Counted from the first letter of the stretch, positions 38,705-48,803 are shown. The stretch is 64,000 nt of DNA from an uncultured Paludibacter sp. (GCA_964546015.1 CAZJHO010000003.1:44027-108026), one strand, 5' to 3'. Notes: a model not told the origin generated them from the letters alone. A program made the numbers and translations.

Positions 38705-40165
38705 TTAACGGAGAAAATCATTTGCATTTGCAAAAATCATCAATGCCAATAAAAAAGCCATTCCTATTAACTGTGCTTTTTGTAAAAATTTATCACTTGG
38801 TTTTCGTCCGGTTATCATTTCATACAAAAGGAACAATAAATGTCCACCGTCTAATCCGGGTATCGGCAATATATTCATAAATGCCAAAATGATAGACAAA
38901 AATGCCGTCATCTCCCAAAATGATTTCCAGTTCCATTCGGAGTCAAATAACATGCCAATACTCTTAAATCCGCCTAAATTCTCTAATCCATCAGACTTAA
39001 AGATATATTTAAAATCACTTACATAACCTGTTAATTTTTTAATTCCTTTCGATATACCTATGGGAATAGACTCCGAAAAAGTATAAGAAACTTTCTGCGT
39101 TCCAAACAAATCGCTAAATGAACGAGGATAAATCCCCACAATACCGGTAGAATCAGGTATCACTTCTATTTGTTGTAAAACTCTATTTCTGTAAAATTTC
39201 ACAGAAATTAGTTCGGAAGGATGACTTTTTACGGTTTTAGCAAAATCAAAAAAAGAATAATAAGTAGTATCATTTATCGCCACTAAACTATCGCCTTTTT
39301 GGAATCCGGCTTTCTGTGCAGGCGAGAACGAAACAATACTATCTGCAACAAAAGGCAATCGTGGAACTAAAAAATATTCTTTATTAAAAACTATGTTCTC
39401 AAAAAAATCAGCAGGGATTTGTATTTCAACCGGTTTATTATTTCTTAGAACAGTAATCTCTTTTGCTCCTAAAATGGCTCGAAAGTTCTCTTCATCGAGC
39501 CTTTCTAGTCGTTTTCCATCTGCTGAAAACAATTTGTCTCCATTTTTAAATCCTACTTTTTGTGCTGCAGGACTAAATTCAAATCCTGCCTTGTAATTTT
39601 TCAGCGGAATATATTCTTCTCCCCAAGCAAAAAGCACAGTAGCATAAATAAATAAAGCTAATAAAAAATTAAAAACAACGCCTGCTGTAATTATGGGTAA
39701 TCTTTTCCAGACGCTTACGGTACGGTATTCATAGGATTTTGGTGCACTTGCCAATTGCGCCTTGTCCATCGACTCATCCACCATACCGGCAATTTTGCAA
39801 TAACCTCCCAGTGGTAACCACCCTATACCAAACTCCGTATTATCGGGATATTTGCGCCAATCATCTTCTGGTAGTGTATTTATATCAATAGTATTATAAA
39901 GGAATTTTCCGTTTTCGTCTTGAACATGATTGCCTTTGTAGTCAATAACAGGTGTAGAAAGAGATTTTAAATTTTGGGCAAAAAAACGAAAACTCCATTT
40001 GCCATTTACCTTTTTTGCTCGTACTAATGAAAACGAAGGATTAAAAAATAAATAAAACTTTTCGACACGAACTTTAGCCAATCTGGAAAAAAGAAAATGT
40101 CCAAATTCGTGAATGAAAACCAAAATACTAAGACTAAAAAGCAATTGTATGATACGAATCAGCAT
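38705..40165 (-). CDS. rseP: Site-2 RIP zinc metalloprotease RseP
   Basis: HEFGHF zinc motif in TM1, two PDZ-like regions, and the C-terminal NILPIPGLDGGH motif. Confidence 0.9.
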   Translation of the reverse strand: MLIRIIQLLFSLSILVFIHEFGHFLFSRLAKVRVEKFYLFFNPSFSLVRAKKVNGKWSFRFFAQNLKSLSTPVIDYKGNHVQDENGKFLYNTIDINTLPEDDWRKYPDNTEFGIGWLPLGGYCKIAGMVDESMDKAQLASAPKSYEYRTVSVWKRLPIITAGVVFNFLLALFIYATVLFAWGEEYIPLKNYKAGFEFSPAAQKVGFKNGDKLFSADGKRLERLDEENFRAILGAKEITVLRNNKPVEIQIPADFFENIVFNKEYFLVPRLPFVADSIVSFSPAQKAGFQKGDSLVAINDTTYYSFFDFAKTVKSHPSELISVKFYRNRVLQQIEVIPDSTGIVGIYPRSFSDLFGTQKVSYTFSESIPIGISKGIKKLTGYVSDFKYIFKSDGLENLGGFKSIGMLFDSEWNWKSFWEMTAFLSIILAFMNILPIPGLDGGHLLFLLYEMITGRKPSDKFLQKAQLIGMAFLLALMIFANANDFLR

Positions 40166-40181
40166 TATGTTGATTTATTTA

Positions 40182-41333
40182 TTAGTTAATCATTCCTATA
40201 GTAATTCTTCGTGCTTCGCAATCCGAAGCCACATAATCTTCATAAGCAGGTGTTTTTATAAACGATGCTTTTTGCATGACTTGCTCAATAATATCGCTCA
40301 TCTGCATAAATCCGATTTTTTCTTTCAAAAATGCCTCAACTACAACCTCATTAGCTGCATTAAGAATGCACGGCATATTACCACCTATACGCATAGCTTC
40401 ATAAGCAAATGCTAAATTACGAAAACGCTTTTTATCTGGTTTTTCGAAAGTAAGCGTACTGTATTCTTCAAAGTTTAACCGGAGATAATTATTTTGTATT
40501 CTGTCCGGATAACCGAATGCATATTGAATCGGCAATTTCATATCTGGTAATCCCATCTGTGCTTTGATTGACCCATCGGTAAATTGCACCATCGAATGAA
40601 TTATGGATTGCGGATGAACAATTATATCGATTTGCTCCGATCTCAACCCGAATAGCCATTTCGCTTCAATAACTTCAAAACCTTTGTTCATCATACTCGC
40701 TGAATCTATGGTGATTTTAGCCCCCATATTCCAGTTAGGATGCTTCAACGCCTGTGCTTTAGTTACGGTAGCAAGCTCTTCAAGGGTTTTGGAACGAAAA
40801 GGTCCACCCGAAGCGGTCAGTATTATTTTTTCTATCGAACTAAAATCTTCTCCCACTAAACATTGAAATATTGCCGAATGTTCGGAATCTACAGGTAGAA
40901 TTGAAGTTTTATATTCGGCAGCTAATTGATTTATCAATTCGCCTGCTACCACAAGGGTTTCTTTATTGGCAAGAGCAATCGTCTTTTTTGCTTTAATAGC
41001 GCTGATAGTAGGTTTCAATCCCGAATAGCCAACCATGGCGGTAAGGACTATGTGTGCCGGCTCCATTTCGGCAACTTGTGAAATTGCTTCTTTTCCTGCA
41101 AATACTTTTATTGGTAAGGTTTGTAAAGCTTCTTTTACTTGAGAATACTTGTCTTCATTGGCTATAACAACAATTTCGGGATTAAATACTTTTGCTTGTT
41201 GAATAAGTAAATCTGCATTATTATTAGCCGTAAGTGCATACACTTCAAATTTATCCGGATTTTCGGCTATTATTTCTAAAGCTTGTGTTCCTATCGAACC
41301 GGTAGAACCAAGTATGGTTATGTTTTTTTTCAT
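40182..41333 (-). CDS. dxr: 1-deoxy-D-xylulose 5-phosphate reductoisomerase
   Basis: ILGSTGSIGTQAL NADPH motif, LANKETLV, DSEHSAIFQC, NKGFEVIEA. Confidence 0.96.
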   Translation of the reverse strand: MKKNITILGSTGSIGTQALEIIAENPDKFEVYALTANNNADLLIQQAKVFNPEIVVIANEDKYSQVKEALQTLPIKVFAGKEAISQVAEMEPAHIVLTAMVGYSGLKPTISAIKAKKTIALANKETLVVAGELINQLAAEYKTSILPVDSEHSAIFQCLVGEDFSSIEKIILTASGGPFRSKTLEELATVTKAQALKHPNWNMGAKITIDSASMMNKGFEVIEAKWLFGLRSEQIDIIVHPQSIIHSMVQFTDGSIKAQMGLPDMKLPIQYAFGYPDRIQNNYLRLNFEEYSTLTFEKPDKKRFRNLAFAYEAMRIGGNMPCILNAANEVVVEAFLKEKIGFMQMSDIIEQVMQKASFIKTPAYEDYVASDCEARRITIGMIN

Positions 41334-41334
41334 G

Positions 41335-42198
41335 TTAAAAGATAATGTATTCCTCAGGATTTACAGGTTTTCCTTTTTGCCAAAGCTCAAAATGCAAATA
41401 CGGATTTATATTTTTATCTGTTACATTTCCTGCAATGGCAATTCCTTCACCTGCTTTTACTTGTGCTCCGATATTTTTTAACAATTGAGAGTTGTTTTTA
41501 TATACCGAAATAAAATCGTTAGGGTGCTGAATAGTCATGACATACCCTTCATCAATCGTAAAATTTGCATTAATCACCGTACCTTCGAGTACCGAAACCA
41601 CATTCTGATTACTTGCTGTACTTATCTTAATTCCGTATATTCCTTTGATTGGATTGTATTTTTGTGAAATAGCACCTTTAACCGGCTTAAAAAACACAAA
41701 CTCGCTTTGACCCTTAGGCGCTACACTTAAAACACTCAAATTATATTGCTCTTCTTTTTCGAAATTTTGACAAAAGCGTTGTTCTGATTTCGTTTTTTTC
41801 AACAACAAATCTTCTTTTTTTGCCAACATAAGAGAATCTAACGGCACCACCTTTTCTACTTTAATATCTCCAGACATAATTTGTGTGAGCAATTCGATAT
41901 ATTCACTCTGTCTGGACACTACATCGGCAATAGAATCTATATTGATACTTTTATTAATAATCTCAATACGCTCATCAGAAGAGGCATAACCGGGTAAAAA
42001 ATATTTTAAAGGGGTAGTAATAATAAGTACCGAATTCAATAAAAAAACTATGGCAAAAAATGAACAAACCACCAAAAATACATTCAGGCGAGAAAGACGA
42101 ATATAAAATGTTTCTTCTAATGTATTTTCGTTTAATATGGAAACTCTGTATTTAAATTTTACCTTTTTGAAAAAGGTTTTAAAATGAAATTTCTTCAT
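41335..42198 (-). CDS. M23-family metallopeptidase (membrane-anchored)
   Basis: N-terminal TM. C-terminal LytM-type domain with HFELWQKGKPVNP. Confidence 0.85.
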   Translation of the reverse strand: MKKFHFKTFFKKVKFKYRVSILNENTLEETFYIRLSRLNVFLVVCSFFAIVFLLNSVLIITTPLKYFLPGYASSDERIEIINKSINIDSIADVVSRQSEYIELLTQIMSGDIKVEKVVPLDSLMLAKKEDLLLKKTKSEQRFCQNFEKEEQYNLSVLSVAPKGQSEFVFFKPVKGAISQKYNPIKGIYGIKISTASNQNVVSVLEGTVINANFTIDEGYVMTIQHPNDFISVYKNNSQLLKNIGAQVKAGEGIAIAGNVTDKNINPYLHFELWQKGKPVNPEEYIIF

Positions 42199-42226
42199 CG
42201 TAAGTTTATATTTTCTGAGGAAAGCA

Positions 42227-42234
42227 CAAAGATA
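42227..42234 (-). promoter_or_regulatory. -7 promoter box TAtcTTTG upstream of the M23-dxr-rseP gene string
   Basis: Reverse complement of CAAAGATA, 29 nt upstream of ATG 42198. Confidence 0.45.
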
Positions 42235-42332
42235 TAAAAATATTCAAGTGAAAATTAAGACTAACTTTGAATTTAAAGTATCAACTTAATGAAAAATACA
42301 CTTGATTTGGCATTTTATAATAAAAAAACAAC

Positions 42333-42340
42333 TACATTTG
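42333..42340 (+). promoter_or_regulatory. -7 promoter box TAcaTTTG upstream of sodB
   Basis: Exact TAnnTTTG 38 nt upstream of the sodB ATG. Confidence 0.45.
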
Positions 42341-42377
42341 TTCATTCAGAAAAGTCTAACTAAAAACTTTATTAACT

Positions 42378-42953
42378 ATGAAATTTACTTTGCCTGAACT
42401 GCCTTATGCAAAAAATGCATTGGCGCCAATTATTTCCGAACAAACTATTGAGTTTCACTATGGAAAACATCATCAAGCGTATGTAACTAACCTGAACAAC
42501 TTAATCCAAGGCACTAAATTCGAAAACGCCGATTTGGAAACAATTATCAAAGAATCAGACGGTGCTATTTTTAATAACGCCGCTCAAGTTTGGAACCACA
42601 CTTTTTATTTCAATCAATTTAGCACGAAAGGTGGTGGCGCTCCCAAAGGAAGATTAGCTGACGCTATTAATGCGAAATTCGGCTCATTTGAGCAGTTTAA
42701 AACCGATTTTGTAACTGCCGGTGTAGGCACATTCGGCTCCGGATGGGCTTGGTTGGTAAAAACGGCTAACGGAAGTCTTGATATTGTGAAAGAAAGTAAC
42801 GCAGGAAATCCAATGACTAAAGGTCTTATTCCTATTCTGACTTTTGATGTGTGGGAACACGCGTATTATTTGGACTACCAAAACCGTCGTCCTGACCATT
42901 TGAATGCGCTTTGGAATATTGTTAATTGGAATATTATCGAATCCAGATTCTAA
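42378..42953 (+). CDS. sodB: Fe/Mn superoxide dismutase
   Basis: LPYAKNALAPIISEQTIEFHYGKHH, WNHTFYF, DVWEHAYYLDYQNRRPDHL. Confidence 0.95.
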   Translation: MKFTLPELPYAKNALAPIISEQTIEFHYGKHHQAYVTNLNNLIQGTKFENADLETIIKESDGAIFNNAAQVWNHTFYFNQFSTKGGGAPKGRLADAINAKFGSFEQFKTDFVTAGVGTFGSGWAWLVKTANGSLDIVKESNAGNPMTKGLIPILTFDVWEHAYYLDYQNRRPDHLNALWNIVNWNIIESRF

Positions 42954-42962
42954 TTAATTTCA

Positions 42963-43072
42963 AAGGTTTAAAGTTCAATGTTTTAGGCTTTAAATTTCAC
43001 CTGAAATATTATTATAAAAATTGAAAAAAAATAAAATATAAATAACACTTTAAACCTTGAACTTTAAACCTT
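42963..43072. repeat. 110-bp element bounded by a perfect 16-bp inverted repeat (GTTCAA family), fills the sodB-menB spacer
   Basis: AAGGTTTAAAGTTCAA at 42963..42978 and its exact reverse complement TTGAACTTTAAACCTT at 43057..43072. The 78-nt interior is AT-rich. Confidence 0.7.
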
Positions 43073-43082
43073 AAACTATTTT

Positions 43083-43898
43083 ATGAGAAATTGGGCTCCA
43101 ATAAAAGATTATACCGATATTAAATTTGAATTTTACAACGGCATAGCTAAACTTACTATCAACCGTCCTGAGGTGCGCAATGCTTTTCGTCCGCAAACGA
43201 TAAATGAACTATTAGACGCTTTCGAAATTTGTCGTGAACGCATGGATATAGGTGCAGTAGTACTTACCGGCGAAGGAGACAAAGCGTTTTGTTCCGGTGG
43301 CGACCAAAAGGTAAAAGGACTTGGCGGATACATTGATGATAATGGAGTACCACGCCTTAATGTGTTAGACTTACATAAAAAAATACGCTCATTGCCAAAG
43401 CCGGTTGTGGCAATGGTTAACGGTTTTGCTATTGGTGGAGGACATGTATTGCATGTAGTTTGCGATCTTTCCATTGCATCCGAAAATGCCATTTTTGGGC
43501 AGACAGGTCCTAAAGTAGGCAGTTTCGATGCCGGATTCGGTTCTTCGTATTTGGCACGAATAGTAGGGCAAAAAAAAGCGCGTGAAATATGGTTCCTTTG
43601 CAAGCAATACACAGCTCAAGAAGCATTGGAAATGGGATTGGTAAATAAAGTAGTTCCTATTGAACAACTTGAAGATACAGTTGTAGAATGGTGTGAAATA
43701 ATGCTTCAACGCAGCCATACTGCTTTGCGCATGATAAAACGAGGGCTTAATGCCGAACTCGACGGACAAGCCGGATTGATGGAATTTGCAGGAGATGCCA
43801 CTTTGATGTACTATTTAATGGAAGAAGCTCAAGAAGGAAAACATGCATTCCTTGAAAAAAGAGATCCTAATTTTAAAAAATTCCCCAAATTTCCATAA
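43083..43898 (+). CDS. menB: 1,4-dihydroxy-2-naphthoyl-CoA synthase
   Basis: Crotonase fold with MenB segments [45 protein letters not shown]. Confidence 0.95.
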   Translation: MRNWAPIKDYTDIKFEFYNGIAKLTINRPEVRNAFRPQTINELLDAFEICRERMDIGAVVLTGEGDKAFCSGGDQKVKGLGGYIDDNGVPRLNVLDLHKKIRSLPKPVVAMVNGFAIGGGHVLHVVCDLSIASENAIFGQTGPKVGSFDAGFGSSYLARIVGQKKAREIWFLCKQYTAQEALEMGLVNKVVPIEQLEDTVVEWCEIMLQRSHTALRMIKRGLNAELDGQAGLMEFAGDATLMYYLMEEAQEGKHAFLEKRDPNFKKFPKFP

Positions 43899-43975
43899 AA
43901 AAATTATCTGCCTGAAAAACATTATGTTTCAGAAAGTCTATTTTTAATTTTTAGAAACTCATAAATTTTACGATT

Positions 43976-44497
43976 ATGAAAAAATCAATTTTCTTAAAAA
44001 GACATTTGTGTTTGCTACTTTTTCTTGCAGGAATCAGCATAACTGCTTGTTCGTCCTCCCCTACACCAACCATCAGTAAAATATATTCAAACGAGCAAAT
44101 AGCACAAATGATTGCCGGATATAAAGCCGCTTTATCAAAAGATGTAATCCCATCTGCCATACTACAGCAAAAATTAATAACTGATTTTCCTAAAGCACAA
44201 GACATTGAGTGGGAAAATGCAAACAACATTTACAAAGTTGAATTTGAAATTAAATCTACAGACTATAAAGCGTACTATGATGAGAAAGGAAATTTAATTT
44301 ACTATTCTTTTGATTTACATAAATCAGATTTACCTGAAGTTGTAAAAAATAGTGTTGCAAATAAATTTCCCAAATATCGTATTGAAGATGTAGATAAAAT
44401 TTACCAAGGAACAGAATGTTTTTATCTTGTTGAAGTTGAGAGAAAAGAGATGGAAATGAAAGCGTTATTTAAAGAAGACGGAACATTTATACAATAG
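43976..44497 (+). CDS. Lipoprotein with PepSY-like (DUF2874-type) repeats, tentative
   Basis: Lipobox ITAC. Repeated motif ...FPKAQDIEWENANNIYKVEF... / ...KFPKYRIEDVDKIYQGTECFYLVEV... typical of the PepSY-like beta-lactamase-inhibitor-like family. Confidence 0.6.
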   Translation: MKKSIFLKRHLCLLLFLAGISITACSSSPTPTISKIYSNEQIAQMIAGYKAALSKDVIPSAILQQKLITDFPKAQDIEWENANNIYKVEFEIKSTDYKAYYDEKGNLIYYSFDLHKSDLPEVVKNSVANKFPKYRIEDVDKIYQGTECFYLVEVERKEMEMKALFKEDGTFIQ

Positions 44498-44517
44498 AGA
44501 ATCTCAATAAATATTTG

Positions 44518-44553
44518 AAAAATCCCCCGAAATTTTCATTTCGAGGGATTTTT
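44518..44553 (+). terminator. Rho-independent terminator after the PepSY-like gene
   Basis: Stem AAATCCCcCGAAAT / ATTTCGaGGGATTT followed by a T run. Confidence 0.7.
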
Positions 44554-44660
44554 ATTAAAAAATTATGTTATTAAACATATTTTTTTGCGTATTTTCTTAG
44601 TTATGTTGAATTTAATAATTAATTTTGTGCCCCATAAAATATGTTTTTCAGCATAAAATA

Positions 44661-45374
44661 ATGGCAAGAAGGACTACAATACAAATTCCGAGCATAAATG
44701 AAGTTACTGATTTTTGGGGAGTTCTCAACGAAGATCAGAAAATTTATTTGCAAGCGAATATCAAATTAGAGCACTTTAAACGAAACGAGATCATCCACCA
44801 CGAAGGTGACACACCTACACATATGATGATTTTGATGAAAGGCAAAGTAAAAATATACAAAGCAGGCGTTGGCGGAAGAAGTCAAATAATGCGTTTGTTA
44901 AAACCTTTCGAGTATTTCGGTTATCGTGCCATTTTTGCTCCCGAAGGAATCTACAAAGGATACAATACGAGCGCACGAGCATTTGAACCTTGTGCTATTT
45001 ATATGATCCCGTTACAAGTTATTTCTAAACTTGTTACGGAAAATGCAAAATTGGCATTTTCTTTTATACAACGCTTAGCTGCCGATTTAGGTGCTTCTGA
45101 TGCTCGAATCGTAACACTAACTCAAAAACATGTACGAGGTCGTTTAGCAGAAGCATTATTGACCCTTAAAGACAACTACGGAATGGAAACCGATGGAGCC
45201 ACTATTAATATTTATTTAGCTAGAGAAGATTTAGCCAGTCTTTCCAATATGACTACTGCCAACGCTATTCGTACTTTAGCTATTTTTGCTTCCGAAAAGA
45301 TCATTGCTTTAGATGGTAAAAAAATAAAAATAATAAATGAAGAAAAATTACATAAAATAAGTCGATTAGGATAA
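44661..45374 (+). CDS. Crp/Fnr-family transcriptional regulator
   Basis: cNMP-binding beta-barrel (IIHHEGDTPTHMMILMKGKVKIY) and C-terminal HTH (REDLASLSNMTTANAIRTL). ATG 44661 preferred to the upstream non-ATG start. Confidence 0.85.
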   Translation: MARRTTIQIPSINEVTDFWGVLNEDQKIYLQANIKLEHFKRNEIIHHEGDTPTHMMILMKGKVKIYKAGVGGRSQIMRLLKPFEYFGYRAIFAPEGIYKGYNTSARAFEPCAIYMIPLQVISKLVTENAKLAFSFIQRLAADLGASDARIVTLTQKHVRGRLAEALLTLKDNYGMETDGATINIYLAREDLASLSNMTTANAIRTLAIFASEKIIALDGKKIKIINEEKLHKISRLG

Positions 45375-45432
45375 TTACTTCATAAAATTTACAAAAAGGT
45401 TTGTTGTGTTAAATGCAACGAATCTTTTTTAT

Positions 45433-45449
45433 TTGCAATACGATTGCAA
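45433..45449. promoter_or_regulatory. Perfect 7-3-7 palindrome TTGCAAT-ACG-ATTGCAA between the Crp/Fnr gene and the P-type ATPase gene (candidate operator)
   Basis: Seen directly. Lies 49 nt upstream of the ATPase ATG. Half-site spacing is compatible with a dimeric HTH regulator. Confidence 0.35.
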
Positions 45450-45497
45450 TATAAAAATTTCTATTTTTGTTCATCATAAAAAAATATCATAAATAAA

Positions 45498-47381
45498 ATG
45501 AAACTACCATTAAACGATAAAAAATTTATCTTTTTACTAGTCGCTGTATTTTTATCTGTTACACTTGAAGTTTTATCCATCACCGGCATTAATATTCCTA
45601 TGCCGTACGCCCCTTTTATATACGGTGCATTTATAATAACTATCGGTTATGAGGTTCTTTGGAGCGGAATAAAATCATTATTAAGATTAAAAATCGGAAG
45701 TATCAATCTATTAATGTTAATTGCTGTTTGTGCTGCATTCTATTTACAAGAATATCCGGAGGCGGCGGTTGTTATTGTACTTTATGTATTAGGAGAAAAA
45801 CTTGAAGATATTGGAATTGATAACAGCATGTCAGCTCTGAATGATTTAGTAAACAATACGCCTAAAGTTGCCACGCTCGAAGAAACAGGCGAAGTTGTTC
45901 CTATTGAACAAATTGAAATTGGAACCATTGTATTGGTAAAACCTCATGATTTAATACCTATTGACGGAGTAATAGAGGCCGGATCTACTGCAATAGATGA
46001 GTCGAGCATTACCGGCGAACCGATTCCCAAAGAAAAAAATGTAAACGACACGGTTTTTGCAGGAACTCTTAACCAAAACGGTTTTATCAAAATAAAATCG
46101 ACTAAACTAGCTAAAGATACAACCTTCGCACAAATAGTAGAACTGACTTACAAAGCTCAGAGCCAAAAATCGGATGCTCAAAAATTCATTCAACGATTTG
46201 CACAAATATATACACCTATCGTTATCATTTTGGCTGTAGCCCTTTTTCTAATTCCATCCTTTATCTTAGGTGGGAACACAAATCATTGGCTCAACCAAGC
46301 TATAACTCTTTTGGTTATTTCATGTCCTTGTGCATTGGTTATTTCTACGCCGGTAGCTATTTATGCAGCAATAGGAAATGCTTCTACCAAAGGAATTCTG
46401 ATTAAAGGAGGAAAATACTTAGAAGCAATGGCTAATATTTCTGCCATAGGATTGGATAAAACACGCACAATTACTTATGGAAAACCTATAGTTTCGGATA
46501 TTATTCCATTTAATGATAATGATATAGAAGAAGTGTTAGCTTGCAGTGCAGGTACTGAATTATTTTCGGAACATCCTTTAGGACAAGCTATCGTGAATGC
46601 TTCAATAGAAAAAGGCTACAAACCACACACAACCAATCATTTTGAAAGTGTAGTAGGACAAGGCGCTAAATCAAACTGTCTGGTATGCGATAATAAAACC
46701 GTTTTAGTAGGAAAATTAGATTTCATAGAACAACACCATCCATTTGGAAAAGAAGTAACAAATATGGTCGAAAAATTTGCCGAAGAAGGAAAAACTTGTG
46801 TTGCCGTTAGTTGCGATGATGAGATACGAGGTATCATAGCATTGACAGATGAAATAAAAGCTGACAGTGCCGAAGCTATACAAAAATTGAAAGAACTAAA
46901 TGTGGAGCCGATAATGGTTACAGGAGACAATAATAAAGCAGCCCATTACATCGCAGCTTTAGTAGGAATAAACAATATTCACGGAGAATTATTGCCACAA
47001 GATAAAGCAATGGTTATAAAAGAGCTACGAAAAAACAACAAAGCTGTTGCTATGGTTGGCGATGGAGTTAACGATGCGCCCGCTTTAGCCGAATCAACTG
47101 TAGGTATTGCAATGAGTGCAGCCGGTAGCGATACGGCCATCGAAATTGCCAACATTGCATTAATGAACGATAAATTATCGCTAATTCCTTACTTAATCAG
47201 ATTAAGTCGTCAAACAGTAAAAACCATCAAACGAAATACTATTGGAGCCATTGCCATAAAAGTGTTGTTTATCCTTTTAGCATTTCTAGGATATAGTAAC
47301 CTGGTCTTTGCAATAGCTGCTGATGTTGGTGTAATGTTAGTGGTTGTACTAATTAGCCTTCGATTAATGTACTTCAAATAA
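45498..47381 (+). CDS. Heavy-metal P1B-type ATPase (Zn/Cd/Co-type CPC), no N-terminal metal-binding domain
   Basis: TGEP (SITGEPIP), TM6 SCPCALVISTP, SEHPLGQAI, GDGVNDAPAL. The phosphorylation motif reads DKTRT rather than DKTGT. Confidence 0.9.
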   Translation: MKLPLNDKKFIFLLVAVFLSVTLEVLSITGINIPMPYAPFIYGAFIITIGYEVLWSGIKSLLRLKIGSINLLMLIAVCAAFYLQEYPEAAVVIVLYVLGEKLEDIGIDNSMSALNDLVNNTPKVATLEETGEVVPIEQIEIGTIVLVKPHDLIPIDGVIEAGSTAIDESSITGEPIPKEKNVNDTVFAGTLNQNGFIKIKSTKLAKDTTFAQIVELTYKAQSQKSDAQKFIQRFAQIYTPIVIILAVALFLIPSFILGGNTNHWLNQAITLLVISCPCALVISTPVAIYAAIGNASTKGILIKGGKYLEAMANISAIGLDKTRTITYGKPIVSDIIPFNDNDIEEVLACSAGTELFSEHPLGQAIVNASIEKGYKPHTTNHFESVVGQGAKSNCLVCDNKTVLVGKLDFIEQHHPFGKEVTNMVEKFAEEGKTCVAVSCDDEIRGIIALTDEIKADSAEAIQKLKELNVEPIMVTGDNNKAAHYIAALVGINNIHGELLPQDKAMVIKELRKNNKAVAMVGDGVNDAPALAESTVGIAMSAAGSDTAIEIANIALMNDKLSLIPYLIRLSRQTVKTIKRNTIGAIAIKVLFILLAFLGYSNLVFAIAADVGVMLVVVLISLRLMYFK

Positions 47382-47396
47382 AGGTTCCCAAACAAA

Positions 47397-48803
47397 TTAA
47401 TTTTCAGAAGCAGATTTCTTGTTTTTCTCTTCTAATTCAAGTTTCCGGGCAAGTTTGAAATAATCTTCCGGAGATTGATCTTGAGCATTCATTTCTTGCT
47501 CTAAAAGATGTATTTCCCGAAATAATTCTTGTTTATATTTATCATCTTTTTTTGCTAAGATGTATTCCGTGCGTTTTTGTTCTATAAAACGCTTTCTTTC
47601 TACATTATCAGATTCGAGCATACGAGCAGTCTGATAAGCTGTCAGTGCTTCTTTACTTTCAAATTGTTCTATAGATGTGTAAACAATATTATCTGTCACC
47701 ACAAAAAAAATTTCATGCTTAGCTTTTTTATTGTCTGACTCTTTTGAATGTTCAATCGTTTCATCCAAAGACAATGAATATTTCTTGAGTTGAGCTACCG
47801 CTATTTTTTCATTAATATCTTCTGATTCAAATAATATTTTTGTTGCGTTAGGCTTAAACTTATAAATAATAACTTTATCCGACAATTGATTTCGATCTGT
47901 TGCAAAATAACCGATATTAGTTTCTTCATCAATTGCAAAAAGGTAGTCATTTGATGGAGAATTAAATGGCATACCTATATTTTCAGGTTTTAAAAAATCA
48001 TTATTGGAACGACTGTATCGACTCACGAAAATATCATAGCCTCCTATTGAATTTTCTCCATCAGAAGCAAAATAAAGAGTAACTCCATCAGGCATAAGAA
48101 ATGGGAAATTTTCGTTACTTGTTGTGTTTATTTGTGGAGATAACAACTCTTTATCCGCCCACCCATCAATAAGTTTGCTTACTGCAAATAAATCCGACTG
48201 ATTATCTCCATTAATTTGGGCAAAATATACACGATCTTCTCGCTCTGTAATAAAACCTGTTAGCAATCTATTGTTTAAGCTATCTGACTCTACCTCAAAT
48301 ATTTCTCCTGCATCATTGCTCAATTTATAATAATTAAAGAAATCTTTTTTTGACACAACCAAACTATCTATTATTTGTATTTCTTGTACTGATTGCAACA
48401 TATTTTGAGCTTTTTCAGCCTTTCCGATAGCTTTTTGAATACTTACAATAGCAGAAGTATCACTTGCCAAGAAAGCTTTGTTGTAAAACCGAATGGATTC
48501 TTCAAAGTTATATTTTTGATAATACAAATCACCCAATACAAAATTGGCTATTGCAATTTTCCTTGATGCCAAAGTCAATGGCTTAATAGCAGAGTCTAAC
48601 TCTCCTAATTGAAAAAGACAAGTGCCATATTTATAGTTCAATTCAGCATCTTGTAGTTTACTCCTAAGTAAAATTTCATATTTAAGTTTAGCCGCATAAA
48701 AATCTCTTTTGACAAATAAAGCATCAGCATCAGATAATATACCTGCTAACAAAAACGCTTCAAAGCCAATCAAAAAAAACAATACAAACGACAATCTTCT
48801 CAT
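47397..48803 (-). CDS. Secreted TPR + PD40 (TolB-like beta-propeller repeat) protein of unknown function
   Basis: Signal peptide MRRLSFVLFFLIGFEAFL and TPR-like helices. PD40-type repeats (NENFPFLMPDGVTLYFASD...GGYDIFVS; NSPSNDYLFAIDEETNIGYFATDR). C-terminal coiled-coil. Confidence 0.6.
   Translation of the reverse strand: MRRLSFVLFFLIGFEAFLLAGILSDADALFVKRDFYAAKLKYEILLRSKLQDAELNYKYGTCLFQLGELDSAIKPLTLASRKIAIANFVLGDLYYQKYNFEESIRFYNKAFLASDTSAIVSIQKAIGKAEKAQNMLQSVQEIQIIDSLVVSKKDFFNYYKLSNDAGEIFEVESDSLNNRLLTGFITEREDRVYFAQINGDNQSDLFAVSKLIDGWADKELLSPQINTTSNENFPFLMPDGVTLYFASDGENSIGGYDIFVSRYSRSNNDFLKPENIGMPFNSPSNDYLFAIDEETNIGYFATDRNQLSDKVIIYKFKPNATKILFESEDINEKIAVAQLKKYSLSLDETIEHSKESDNKKAKHEIFFVVTDNIVYTSIEQFESKEALTAYQTARMLESDNVERKRFIEQKRTEYILAKKDDKYKQELFREIHLLEQEMNAQDQSPEDYFKLARKLELEEKNKKSASEN

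Noticed and set aside
43133-43612. Long antisense ORFs inside well-supported genes (for example 43133..43612 and 43389..43769 in menB, 17260..17694 in the TonB receptor, 2957..3415 in prs, 28318..28704 opposite the biotin carrier, 61591..61788 opposite tatA, and 31480..31818 and 29350..29700 in the carboxyltransferases).
   Set aside because: Their translations are low-complexity with no recognisable motifs, while the opposite strand encodes proteins with clear family signatures. These are chance open frames.
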